A stretch of 64,000 bases of DNA from an uncultured Actinomycetota bacterium (GCA_963823915.1 CAWGNJ010000004.1:6915-70914), one strand, 5' to 3'. Positions 47,378 to 56,775 are shown, counted from the first letter of the stretch. The notes: generated by a model not told the origin, from the sequence alone. Made by a program: numbers and translations.

Positions 47378-48322
47378 ATGAACCCAGCCACCAACGGCAA
47401 CCCTACGGCCATCCAAACAACCAGCATTTCCAAGACCTTCGGTGATTTGAAAGCGGTGGACGGCATAGACCTGTCTGTCGATCAGGGTGAGCTGTTTTCG
47501 CTGCTCGGCCCCAACGGTGCCGGGAAGACCACCACGATCAAGATGTTGTGTTGTTTGCTCAAACCCACCAGTGGCACCGCCACGGTCATGGGTTATGACA
47601 CACAACAAGATCCGCTGTCGGTCAAGCAGGCCATCGCCGTCTCGCCGCAAGAGACGGCTATCGCCGAACGTCTCAATGCCTGGGAGAACATGAGCCTGAT
47701 GGCCGGTCTCCACGGGTTCGACAAACAAGAAACGAGAACAAGATCTGCCGAGCTGCTCGAAATGATGGGCCTTACCGAAAGGGCTAAGGATGGTGTCAAG
47801 AAGTTCTCCGGGGGCATGAAGCGAAGACTCAGCATCGCCATGGCCCTCGTCTCCGATCCTCAAGTGTTGTTCCTCGACGAGCCGACCCTCGGCCTCGACC
47901 CACAATCGAGAAGGGCGATCTGGGAGTACATCGAAGGGTTGAAAGGCGAGAAGACGATTCTGCTCACTACTCACTACCTCGAAGAAGCCGATGCACTGGC
48001 CGACCGGGTGGCCATCATCGACGAGGGCAAGATCGCGGCGTTGGGAACACCCGGTCAGCTAAAGGACGGCATATCCGGATCGCAGGTGACGGTGGTCGAA
48101 GCGCCGAATCTGACCGATGAGGCCATCGAAGCTCTGCGGCGGATCTACCCGACCGTTCGAGAGATTGAGGGAGGGGTGGAGATCGAGGCCCAAGAGGCGG
48201 GTGTCTATGAGATCCAGGATGTCCTGCGGCCCCTCGGAATTGCTATTCAATCCACATACAAAAAGCAGGTCACGTTGGACGATGTGTTCCTGCATCTCAC
48301 CGGAAAGCAGTTGAGACAATGA
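47378..48322 (+). CDS. ABC transporter ATP-binding protein (DrrA/ABC-2 type)
   Basis: Walker A GPNGAGKTT, signature FSGGMKRRLSIAMAL, Walker B LFLDEPTLGLD. Confidence 0.9.
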   Translation: MNPATNGNPTAIQTTSISKTFGDLKAVDGIDLSVDQGELFSLLGPNGAGKTTTIKMLCCLLKPTSGTATVMGYDTQQDPLSVKQAIAVSPQETAIAERLNAWENMSLMAGLHGFDKQETRTRSAELLEMMGLTERAKDGVKKFSGGMKRRLSIAMALVSDPQVLFLDEPTLGLDPQSRRAIWEYIEGLKGEKTILLTTHYLEEADALADRVAIIDEGKIAALGTPGQLKDGISGSQVTVVEAPNLTDEAIEALRRIYPTVREIEGGVEIEAQEAGVYEIQDVLRPLGIAIQSTYKKQVTLDDVFLHLTGKQLRQ

Positions 48323-49041
48323 GGTCCCTGGAGCTGGCCAAGAGAAACTTCAAGGAAGTGTGGCGGGATCCACTGTCGCTGGGAATCACAATCGGACTGC
48401 CCGTGCTGATATTGCTGGTTCTGCAGTTGTTCGGGTCGGTTGACGAGTTCTTTTCCCCCACGGTGCTGACCCCGGGAATCGTCCTCTTTGGCTTTGTGAT
48501 GCTGATGTTCAGCGCCGCAATGACGCTTTCCCGTGACCGGGAGAGTGCGCTGTTCTCGCGGTTGTTGACGGCCCCGCTTCGCTCGAGCGACTTCGTGGCC
48601 GCCTACTCGCTGCCCTACGTTCCGGTGGCGATCATCCTGGGCGTACTGCTCTTCGCCATCGGGGCGATCCTGGGGCTCGAGGTCGCGGGAAGTGTCGCCC
48701 TGGTATTCCTGATCTTGTTGGTCATGGCGTTTTTCTACATAGGGTTGGGAATGATCATGGGGTCGCTGCTTCCGCTGGCGCCTCTTTCCGGTGCCTATGC
48801 AGTGGTTCTCCTTTTGACCATTTTTGGGGGAGCCTGGATGGACTTAGAGGCCATAGGAGGCGTGTTCCAGAGTGTCGGGAACGCTCTTCCCTTCGCACAT
48901 GCCCTTGATGCCACTCGAGATGTCATGGTCAACGGAGCCGGGTTTGCTGCGATCGCGACGGACTTCTACTGGGTTCTCGGATACACCCTGGTGGTTGTCG
49001 TCCTGGCCCTGGTCTTCTTCCGACGCAGAATGGTGGAGTAA
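48319..49041 (+). CDS. ABC-2 type transporter permease
   Basis: 240 aa with 6 TM helices. 4-nt overlap with the ATPase gene. Confidence 0.8.
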   Translation: MRSLELAKRNFKEVWRDPLSLGITIGLPVLILLVLQLFGSVDEFFSPTVLTPGIVLFGFVMLMFSAAMTLSRDRESALFSRLLTAPLRSSDFVAAYSLPYVPVAIILGVLLFAIGAILGLEVAGSVALVFLILLVMAFFYIGLGMIMGSLLPLAPLSGAYAVVLLLTIFGGAWMDLEAIGGVFQSVGNALPFAHALDATRDVMVNGAGFAAIATDFYWVLGYTLVVVVLALVFFRRRMVE

Positions 49042-49071
49042 CGGGCCGGATATCAAGCCCCCGATCTCATC

Positions 49072-50496
49072 TCAGGTGACCGTCAGGGATTTGCCTCTCG
49101 ACGGAAACAGGATCCGTCGTGAGTCGAACAGCACCACCGCAAAGAGCCCCAAGCCGCCGAAGAGGATGATCCACCGCAGGTAACGGCGTTCGAAAGATGA
49201 GGAGTTGGAAACGGCTTCCTCACTGATCGGGGTGCTCTCGACTCGGTCGCCCGCCAAAGCACTGATCGTACCGGTGTCAACGCTGGGAGTCGGTGTAGTG
49301 GTTTCGGGTGAAATCACCGTTGGGCCCGAGCCGGAACCGGCGATCTGCTCAGCGTCGTCATCGTCGGCCGCGCCGCTGTGGGCGTTCTCATGACAGCCGA
49401 CACATTCGAAGCCGCCCGAGTGGGCCACCTCATGGCAGCCTGTGCAATCGGCGTAGACATCTTCGCCGTGCGGTACCCCGTGACAAGCGGTGCAGTCGGT
49501 CCGGTCGTTGTGGGGTGCGTGACAAGCGGCGCATTCGGCATCGGGAGCAGTGGAGCGGTGGACCGAGCTGTGACAGGCGCTGCAGTCGGTGCGGTCGTTG
49601 TGGGGTGTGTGGCAGGAGGCGCATTCGGTGTCGGCCGGTCCCGCATTGTGGGTGGAGACGTGGCAGGTCGTGCAGTCGGTGCGGTCGTTGTGGGGTGTGT
49701 GGCAGGAAACGCATTCGGCATCGACGGTGGAGGGGAGGTGGATGTCGGTGTGGCAGGCGGTGCAGTCGGTGCGGTCGTTGTGGGGTGTGTGGCAGGCGGT
49801 GCACTCGGTGTCGGCCGGTCCGGCGACGTGGGTGGTGTGACAACTCGTGCAGTCGACCCGGCCGTTGTGAGAGATGTGGCAGGCGAGGCATTCGGCATCG
49901 GGGCCGGTCGGTGTGTGGGTTGTCGTGTGGCAGGCGGTGCAGTCGGTGCGGTCGTTGTGGGGGGTGTGGCAGGCGGCGCATTCGGTGTCTGCGGCGGTGG
50001 GGACGTGCACCGGCGCATGGCAGGCGGTGCAGTCGGTGCGGTCGTTGTGGGGGGTGTGGCAGGCGGCGCATTCGGTGTCGGCGGCGGTGGGTAGGTGGAT
50101 GCCGGTGTGGCAGGCGGTGCAATCGACCCGGTCGTTGTGGGGTGTGTGGCAGGTGGCGCATTCGGTGTCGGCGGCGGTGGGGACGTGCACCGGCGCATGG
50201 CAGGCGGTGCAGTCGGTACGGGCATTGTGGGGTCCATGGCAGGTTGCGCAGGCGGCATCGGCCGCTGTCGGTAGGTGGGTATCGGAGTGACAGCTAGTGC
50301 AGTCTGTCCGGGCGTTGTGCTGTTCGTGACAGGTGACACATTCGGCATCGGCCGGTCCGGGGTCCTGCGGGGGGCGGAGCAACAATTGGGTGCCGGGCAG
50401 TGGGCCCAACTGGTCGGCGGCAACGGTCGTCTGACCGAGCACGATGACCGAAAGGCCGGCTATCAGGATGGCGAAAAGTGTGAGCCGCCGATGCAT
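49072..50496 (-). CDS. Tandem-repeat multiheme c-type cytochrome (22 CxxCH), Sec signal peptide, C-terminal TM anchor
   Basis: See findings. The unit ECxxCHxPHNxRxDCxxCHxxxHxPxxxDx occurs ten times, plus CTGCHEVAHSGGFECVGCHENAHSG. N-terminus MHRRLTLFAILIAGLSVIVLGQTTVAADQ; C-terminus YLRWIILFGGLGLFAVVLFDSRR. Confidence 0.8.
   Translation of the reverse strand: MHRRLTLFAILIAGLSVIVLGQTTVAADQLGPLPGTQLLLRPPQDPGPADAECVTCHEQHNARTDCTSCHSDTHLPTAADAACATCHGPHNARTDCTACHAPVHVPTAADTECATCHTPHNDRVDCTACHTGIHLPTAADTECAACHTPHNDRTDCTACHAPVHVPTAADTECAACHTPHNDRTDCTACHTTTHTPTGPDAECLACHISHNGRVDCTSCHTTHVAGPADTECTACHTPHNDRTDCTACHTDIHLPSTVDAECVSCHTPHNDRTDCTTCHVSTHNAGPADTECASCHTPHNDRTDCSACHSSVHRSTAPDAECAACHAPHNDRTDCTACHGVPHGEDVYADCTGCHEVAHSGGFECVGCHENAHSGAADDDDAEQIAGSGSGPTVISPETTTPTPSVDTGTISALAGDRVESTPISEEAVSNSSSFERRYLRWIILFGGLGLFAVVLFDSRRILFPSRGKSLTVT
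49380..50346. repeat. About 90-bp tandem repeat array (about 10.7 units, with a 180-bp super-period in places) that encodes the heme-binding units
   Basis: Recurrent ..GCAGTCGGTGCGGTCGTTGTGGGGTGTGTGGCAGG.. starts at about 49580, 49670, 49760, 49940, 50030 and 50210. The near-identical segment GGGGACGTGCACCGGCGCATGGCAGGCGGTGCAGTCGGT occurs at about 49996 and 50176. Confidence 0.85.
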
Positions 50497-50759
50497 TTCT
50501 CAATCTCCCCAGCGTTGATCAGCACCGGCATAGCCGGATGCGGCAAGGAGATTGGCCTTCCAAGCCGTTCAGCTGACCAGGACGCGCAATCATTGCTTCG
50601 ATTCCGCGACCACACCTTCCAACCCGCCGACATCCTACCAAGTCGACGCGACGTCGGAAAGCGTTCCGGCTTTCTTTGTGACCTTGTGCTCTACTTCATT
50701 TGCGGGCCACGGCCGTATGGTGCATGGAGTTCGAGCGCTTCGATCAGGATCGGTAGGGA

Positions 50760-52430
50760 ATGATGGCCAAGGGGGCTGAGGAAAGACCGCCGGGGTGGGC
50801 CTCCCGCCACGGTGTCGCTCTCGGCGGGTGGTCGGTCATCTTGATACTGTTGGCGGTCAGTGCTGCTCCCTTGATCGCTCCGGGACAGCCCATTGACACC
50901 ACCCCAGGCGAGTTCTCGAGCGATCGGGCGATCGAGCACGTGGCCAGCATTGCTCAGGAGGCCCATCCGATCGGTAGCCCGGCGATAGTTCGGGTGCGCA
51001 GCTATCTGGTGGCGGAATTGACTGCTCTCGGCTTGGATCCCGAACTGCAGACGGTCACCGTCGCGGACTACTTCGGAGACCCGGGAGGCACCGTAGAGAT
51101 AGTCAACGTGATGGCTCGGATACCCGGCCGGGAATCCACCGGAGCAATCGCCCTGGTAGGCCATTACGACTCGGTTCCGACCACAACGGGAGCCAACGAT
51201 GACTCGGCCGCGATCGGAGCCATTCTGGAGACCGGCCGGGCATTGCTCGCCGGACCGAGCCTTCGCAATGACGTCATCCTGCTATTCACCGATGGCGAGG
51301 AACCCGCCCCTCGCTACGGGTCGACGGCTTTTGTTGCCGAGCACGCTTGGGCGGCCGAGGTGGCTTTCATTGTCAACTTCGAGGCCGTGGGCGGATCGGG
51401 TCCATCGATGGTGATCGAGACCAACGGATCCGAAAGTCTGTTGGTCGAAGGACTGGCGAAAGCGACCGAGCACCCGGTGGCCTTTTCCTTCCTGCCCGAA
51501 ACGGTGGAACTCATTGGCGGGGTCGGGACCGATTTCGATCCGTTTCTGGCGGAAGGCGTCCCCGGATTTCACCTGGCCTATCTGCGTGGATCGCCCATCT
51601 ATCACACGTTCAGCGACTCGCTAGCGCGGGTGAGCCTGGCCAGTCTCTATCACCACGGATCGTACGCGCTTGGCCTCTCCCGCCACTTCGGGGAAGCCGA
51701 CCTCCTCGAGCTGGCGCCGCCCGAGAAAGCTGTGTATTTCACGGTCGGGAGGTGGGTGCAAGTTCATTACGCGGCGGGTTGGGTGGTGCCCCTGGCGATG
51801 TTGGTTGTGGCGCTCTTTGGAGTCTCGGTGGTCCGCCGGGTCAACCGGGGCGAGTCGTCACTTCGAGCTCTGCTGGCGGGGGTATTGGTTGTGACGATCC
51901 GCATCCTGGCAGCGGTTGTTGTCGCCACTCTGGCGTGGAAGGTTTTGACCAGCGTCCGCCGGTCACCCGGCGTCCTCGAGGGTTACCTCTACCTGCTGGC
52001 CCTGCTGGCACTATCTGCCGGGATTTGGTTGACCATCCTCCGGGCCTCTTCGAGAAGGAAGACCAAAGTCGATATGGCGGGCGGCATAGTGCTGAGTTGG
52101 GTGATCCTGGCGGTCATAGCCAGCTTCTGGGCCCCACGAATGGGTTACCTGTTCGCTTGGCCGGCATTGGTGGGTTCTCTGGTTCTGGTATTCCCGCCGG
52201 CCCAGGGATGGACCCGTCTTGGCTCATTGGGCTTGCTTGGCTTGCCCACCCTGGTTTTGCTCGTCCCGGCCATCGACACCTTTTTCCAAATGGCTCTACC
52301 CAGGCCCGGAAATCTTGACTCGGAGATGGTCGAGGTGATCGCCGTGGTGATATTCCTGGCTGCTCTTTCGGCTGCCCTTATTGCCGCTTGTCATCAACGT
52401 TCGTCGAACACCGTGATGACGCCCGAATAG
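50760..52430 (+). CDS. M28-family aminopeptidase domain fused to a polytopic C-terminal membrane domain
   Basis: IALVGHYDSVPTTTGANDDSAAIGAILETGRAL...VILLFTDGEE, followed by at least 7 hydrophobic helices. Confidence 0.8.
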   Translation: MMAKGAEERPPGWASRHGVALGGWSVILILLAVSAAPLIAPGQPIDTTPGEFSSDRAIEHVASIAQEAHPIGSPAIVRVRSYLVAELTALGLDPELQTVTVADYFGDPGGTVEIVNVMARIPGRESTGAIALVGHYDSVPTTTGANDDSAAIGAILETGRALLAGPSLRNDVILLFTDGEEPAPRYGSTAFVAEHAWAAEVAFIVNFEAVGGSGPSMVIETNGSESLLVEGLAKATEHPVAFSFLPETVELIGGVGTDFDPFLAEGVPGFHLAYLRGSPIYHTFSDSLARVSLASLYHHGSYALGLSRHFGEADLLELAPPEKAVYFTVGRWVQVHYAAGWVVPLAMLVVALFGVSVVRRVNRGESSLRALLAGVLVVTIRILAAVVVATLAWKVLTSVRRSPGVLEGYLYLLALLALSAGIWLTILRASSRRKTKVDMAGGIVLSWVILAVIASFWAPRMGYLFAWPALVGSLVLVFPPAQGWTRLGSLGLLGLPTLVLLVPAIDTFFQMALPRPGNLDSEMVEVIAVVIFLAALSAALIAACHQRSSNTVMTPE

Positions 52431-53641
52431 CTGGACACCCAGACGCGGCGGGTAGCGGCGTCAAACGTGATCCCAATTGGGTGATGGGCGACGCTGAGGG
52501 TTTGCAGCACCGACATGTCGGTGGTGGCCACCTTGGCGATCGTGTCCGAGTTGTAGTTGACAACATAGAGGGCCGTGCCGTCACCGGAGATGGTCATGCT
52601 GCGAGGAGCGTTTCCGGTAGACACACGGGCAACAATCTCGCCGGTCTGGAGGTCGATTTTGGCGATCCGGCCTTCTCCGTTCAAGGTCACGTAGAGGAAA
52701 CGGCCGGTGGGATCCATGACCAGGTGGCGAGGGCCGGAACCGACGCCCTCCAGCCAGGAGACCGACAGGCTCTCGAGATCCAGAACCGCGATGCGGGTTG
52801 ACCCCATCACAGCCACGTAGGCGGTGCTCGAGTCGGGCTCGACGGCAATTCCCCGGGGGTGGCGCCCGGCTTCGACCCGGGCCAGTTCCTCGCCGGTTTC
52901 GACTTCGATCACGCTGACGTCGAAGCTGCACCAGTTGGCTACCAACAGATACCGGTCATCGGGGGTGACGGTCAGGTATTTTGGTACGGCTCCGACCGGG
53001 ATGATCTGGTCGATCTCCAAGGTTTGGGTATCGATCCGATAGACGAAGCTCTCGTCCCATCCCGCCAATCCGCAGCCGTCGCCGCCCGGACGGGAGAATC
53101 CTGGTCCGTACATCTCGTAGTTGGATACGAAACCGTAAGCACCGTCACTGGTAAAGGCCGCCTCAACCGGCGCCCCGCGGTATTCGCCTTCGAGGCCGAA
53201 GTCGTTGAGCTCGACTGTATCGGAGATGGTTTTGACCAGCTCGAAGGTTCGGTTGTAAACCGTCACGGTGTGGCGGTACATCATGTTCTGGGCGAAGAAC
53301 AGGCCGGTCCCGGAATGGACGATCGACTTGGGAGATAGCTCTCCGGTGATGGTGGCCACCTGCTCCAACGAAAGTGTGTCCGCCGGGGGCGGCGGAATCG
53401 GTGGTTTGGTGGTGGTGGTCGTGCTGGTAGTGGAAGTGGTCGGAGGTTCAGACGTGGTGGTGGGCGGAGTGGTAGTGGAAGTCGGCGCGGTCGTGCCGGC
53501 AGACGTCGGCGGGGCAGGTGACTCGGCTTCGACGGCGGTGCAGGCGCCGAGGAGCAAGAACCCGGCTACGAGGACGGAGCGGAAGGGCGTTCTGATAATG
53601 CAGGCAGCGTAGACGGGCGACGGCGCCTTGTCGGGAACCAA
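52394..53641 (-). CDS. YVTN-type beta-propeller lipoprotein with Pro/Thr-rich linker
   Basis: FLLLGACTAV lipobox, then TTAPTSTTTPPTTTSEPPTTSTTSTTTTTKPPIPPPP. Repeats of the type PRGIAVEPDSSTAYVA / PRHLVMDPTGRFLYVT / PRSMTISGDGTALYVV follow. Confidence 0.75.
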   Translation of the reverse strand: MVPDKAPSPVYAACIIRTPFRSVLVAGFLLLGACTAVEAESPAPPTSAGTTAPTSTTTPPTTTSEPPTTSTTSTTTTTKPPIPPPPADTLSLEQVATITGELSPKSIVHSGTGLFFAQNMMYRHTVTVYNRTFELVKTISDTVELNDFGLEGEYRGAPVEAAFTSDGAYGFVSNYEMYGPGFSRPGGDGCGLAGWDESFVYRIDTQTLEIDQIIPVGAVPKYLTVTPDDRYLLVANWCSFDVSVIEVETGEELARVEAGRHPRGIAVEPDSSTAYVAVMGSTRIAVLDLESLSVSWLEGVGSGPRHLVMDPTGRFLYVTLNGEGRIAKIDLQTGEIVARVSTGNAPRSMTISGDGTALYVVNYNSDTIAKVATTDMSVLQTLSVAHHPIGITFDAATRRVWVSSYSGVITVFDER

Positions 53642-53683
53642 CCTCAGGTCGTGGCCTGATCGCCCGGCCCGATAGTCGTCGAT

Positions 53684-54229
53684 TCAAACAGGCACAAAGT
53701 AGACGTCGGTCGGCTTGAGCTTGCTGTTCCGCAAGAAGCGGGGTTGGACTTCCATCCCGATCCACTCGATCGAAGCCTCATCAGGATCGACTCCCATGAG
53801 CCGACTGAGGAACAGGGTGTCGACTCCTTCGTACTCGATCATGGCCAGGACATAGGGAGTCTCCGGGAGAAACTCCTCGGATCCGAAGTGGCACACCGTG
53901 AAGGCGTGGATCCGGGCCCGATTCTCCGTGATGTCGATCCAGTCTGTTTCCGATCCCGAATACATGTCGTGGCCCCGTGGGGTCGCGTAGGTGTACCCCG
54001 ATTCCGGGTCTCGGCTGGCCAGGAGTCTCCGATTGGTTGCCCCCGCAAACCAGGGACTGTCCTGACCATATGAGTGGAGATAGGTGATCGAGTAGCCCTG
54101 TTCAATCTGGATGGGAGCCAGGCGTTTCAAAAAGGCCAACGAGTCGGGGTCGGAATCGATGGGGAACGGGATGCCGTGCACGGTGAACCCGCCCAGGGTT
54201 TCTTCCCGTCGATCGGGGAGCTTCGCCAT
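53684..54229 (-). CDS. DUF35 OB-fold protein (partner of SCP-x-type thiolase)
   Basis: 181 aa, immediately downstream of the thiolase-like gene, with an OB-fold-like C-terminal half (IHAFTVCHFG...YVLAMIEYEGVDTLFLSRLMG). Confidence 0.6.
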   Translation of the reverse strand: MAKLPDRREETLGGFTVHGIPFPIDSDPDSLAFLKRLAPIQIEQGYSITYLHSYGQDSPWFAGATNRRLLASRDPESGYTYATPRGHDMYSGSETDWIDITENRARIHAFTVCHFGSEEFLPETPYVLAMIEYEGVDTLFLSRLMGVDPDEASIEWIGMEVQPRFLRNSKLKPTDVYFVPV

Positions 54230-54230
54230 C

Positions 54231-55595
54231 TCAGGCCTCCTTCCGAAGAACGCTGACCGTCACGTAGGTGCCCGTGCCGGCATGGGAGTGGATCGCTCCC
54301 TGTCGAGCGCCAGGAACCTGAAGGGTCGGGTCGCCAAAGTGTTTGTCGACGGTGCCCTGCAATTGCCAGATGGCGAACACCCCCTGCATGAGCCCGGTCG
54401 CGCCGACCGGGTGGCCGCAGCCGATCAGGCCCCCGGAAGGGTTGACCGGAAGGAGAGGACTGTCTTCCAGATCGAGTCCGTAGTCGATGCCCGGCATAAA
54501 CGTCTTGCCGGACGCGGCGAACGGTCCACCCTCCCCGTAGCGGCACAAGCCCAGATCTTCGTATGTCTGGATCTCGCTGGAGGTGTAGGCGTCGTGCAAT
54601 TCCACGAAATCGAGATCGATGAGAGGATCAACAATCCCCGCCCGGCGATACGCCAGATTGCCGGCTGCCCGACCTGCTCGGAACGAGTGGATTCCGGGGT
54701 AGCGAGCGCCTCGATCCCATAGTTGTTTGTAGTACGCCCGGGTTTCCTCAGAGTTTCGCTCGAGCTCAGTGGCGTAGTCGCGCATGAAGGTGTCGTAGTC
54801 GACGTGAGGCCGGTCGGACATCCGCATGGCATCGGTCCCGCGTCCGATCCCGGCCACCTCAACGAGAGGACGAGGGATGGATGCACCTTCCTTTTCCAGA
54901 CGCGCGAGCCCTTCTTCGGAGGCGAAAATCACCGAGGCCGCCCCGTCCGACATGACGCAAATGTCGAGCCGGGTGAGTGGCCAGGCGACCATCGGCGATG
55001 AACGGACGTCTTCAACTGAATAGCGGTTGCGTTTCTGGGCGTACGGGTTGTGGTAGGCGTTGAGGTGGTTCTTGACGGAAACGTGGGCCATCTGTTCGAC
55101 GGTCGTCCCATACTCTTTCATGTGCCGGGTGACCATCATGGCGTAGTAGCCCGAATAGAAGCCCCCAACGGGATAGTCCCAGGACACATCGGACGCCAAA
55201 GCTATGAATTCGTTGCCCTTCCAGGTCTCAACGTGGCTCATCGTCTCGAATCCGTAGGCAACACAAACATCCATGTCTCCCGACGCAACGGATTTCCATG
55301 CTTCCTGGAAACACAGGCCACCGGTTGCGCCGCCGCCCTCCACCCGGTGGCCGGGTTTGGGCAGCAAACCCAGGTAGTCCTGGGCCATGATTCCGGCCAT
55401 CAACTGGCGGGAGAAATGGTCCGAGAAATAGGATGCCACTGAGCCGTCCACCGTCGCGGTGAAGGTGGGCATGTCGAGGCCCAGGTCGGCGATGGCGTAG
55501 TCGTAGGACTCCTTGATGATGGCCTGGAACGTCTTGTCGGGCCGCGCTTTCGCGAACTTGGAGACGCCTCCCGAGATGGCATAGACCGGTCGCAT
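54231..55595 (-). CDS. Thiolase-like (SCP-x / nonspecific lipid-transfer type) protein
   Basis: 454 aa: MRPVYAISGGVSKFAKARPDKTF...GGGATGGLCFQEAW...LIGCGHPVGATGLMQGV. Confidence 0.8.
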   Translation of the reverse strand: MRPVYAISGGVSKFAKARPDKTFQAIIKESYDYAIADLGLDMPTFTATVDGSVASYFSDHFSRQLMAGIMAQDYLGLLPKPGHRVEGGGATGGLCFQEAWKSVASGDMDVCVAYGFETMSHVETWKGNEFIALASDVSWDYPVGGFYSGYYAMMVTRHMKEYGTTVEQMAHVSVKNHLNAYHNPYAQKRNRYSVEDVRSSPMVAWPLTRLDICVMSDGAASVIFASEEGLARLEKEGASIPRPLVEVAGIGRGTDAMRMSDRPHVDYDTFMRDYATELERNSEETRAYYKQLWDRGARYPGIHSFRAGRAAGNLAYRRAGIVDPLIDLDFVELHDAYTSSEIQTYEDLGLCRYGEGGPFAASGKTFMPGIDYGLDLEDSPLLPVNPSGGLIGCGHPVGATGLMQGVFAIWQLQGTVDKHFGDPTLQVPGARQGAIHSHAGTGTYVTVSVLRKEA

Positions 55596-55668
55596 TCCGC
55601 TGATCCTCTCCGCCGGCAGTTGCCACCATGCTACGCGGTCCTACCGGCCGGATCGGTAGGGTCTCAGC

Positions 55669-56133
55669 ATGATCAGCGCCGGAATCCTTCTCTTCCGCCG
55701 GACCGACAAGTCCGTCGAGGTATTGCTTGCGCACCCCGGTGGTCCCTTCTGGGCAAAACGAGATGCGGGAGCCTGGAGCATTCCCAAAGGTGAGGTCAAT
55801 CAAGGCGAAGATCTGCTGGAGGTTGCCCGGCGAGAGTTCGAGGAGGAGGTGGGGACCCTCATCTTGGAAGGCGTCCCGCAACCTTTGGGCTTTGTGGCCC
55901 TAAGGTCCGGCAAGGTGGTGCACGCCTGGGCCTGTGAGGGTGATATGGACCCGGCCCGGCAGCGGTCCAACACATTTGTGATCGAGTGGCCGCCCCGCAC
56001 CGGTCAGACGGGGGAGTTCCCGGAAGTTGACCGGGTCGAATGGTTCAAGCCGGAGACCGCCCGCCGCAAGCTCAACGTGGCTCAGGCCGCGTTCATCGAC
56101 CGATTGATCAGGCTGCTCGACGATCAGACGTGA
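55669..56133 (+). CDS. NUDIX hydrolase
   Basis: The Nudix box is visible: GAWSIPKGEVNQGEDLLEVARREFEEEVG. Confidence 0.85.
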   Translation: MISAGILLFRRTDKSVEVLLAHPGGPFWAKRDAGAWSIPKGEVNQGEDLLEVARREFEEEVGTLILEGVPQPLGFVALRSGKVVHAWACEGDMDPARQRSNTFVIEWPPRTGQTGEFPEVDRVEWFKPETARRKLNVAQAAFIDRLIRLLDDQT

Positions 56134-56151
56134 TGAATCCGGTCGCCGGGT

Positions 56152-56775
56152 ATGGGACACTGTTATCGAATGCTCAATCGGCTGGCACTCTGGTGGATCC
56201 GTCTAACCGGATGGAGGATCGAAGGGGGTCTCCCTGCGGACCCCAAGTTCGTCGCCGTGGGCGCCCCTCACACCAGCAATTGGGATTTCGTGGTCATGCT
56301 GGGGGTGATGGCTTCGTTCGGAGTGAAGCCTTCCTTCATGGGCAAGGACAGCCTCTTCAAAGGTCCCTTCGGGTTTGTGATGCGTCGGCTGGGGGGGATC
56401 TCAATCCGGCGAGGGGTTCGCGAGAGCGTCGTCGAGCAAATGGGAGCGGCCTTTGCCGCGGCGGATTCGTTGGTCCTAGTGATTGCTCCCGCGGGGACCC
56501 GGCATCGTTCCGATCATTGGAAATCGGGTTTCTACCATATTGCCCGCCGGGCGGCCGTTCCGATCGTCCCGGCCAAGATCAACTACCGGGACAAGCTGGT
56601 CACCTTCGGAGTCCCGGTATTGCCGGGCGGCGACGTGAGCGTCGACATGGGCGATTTGCGCCGGTTTTTCGCCGACGGATACGGCAAGTTCCCGGACCAG
56701 GCGTCCGATCCGCGATTGGCTGAGGAGGAACCAGAAGGGGGCGCTCGCCGAGGAGCCTTAAGTCTCCAGGCGTGA
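56152..56775 (+). CDS. 1-acyl-sn-glycerol-3-phosphate acyltransferase-like (PlsC family)
   Basis: H(x)4D motif APHTSNWD; later VIAPAGTR. Confidence 0.75.
   Translation: MGHCYRMLNRLALWWIRLTGWRIEGGLPADPKFVAVGAPHTSNWDFVVMLGVMASFGVKPSFMGKDSLFKGPFGFVMRRLGGISIRRGVRESVVEQMGAAFAAADSLVLVIAPAGTRHRSDHWKSGFYHIARRAAVPIVPAKINYRDKLVTFGVPVLPGGDVSVDMGDLRRFFADGYGKFPDQASDPRLAEEEPEGGARRGALSLQA

Noticed and set aside
49308-50297. 329-aa plus-strand Arg/Cys-rich repeat ORF, plus further overlapping ORFs on both strands
   Set aside because: These are shadow frames of the cytochrome repeat array. Only the 49072..50496 minus frame has a signal peptide, coherent CxxCH spacing and a TM anchor.
49380-50346. Regular repeats that could be mistaken for a CRISPR array
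   Set aside because: The units are contiguous 90-bp repeats without unique spacers. They are in frame and encode the CxxCH units of a long ORF. There are no cas genes in the window.
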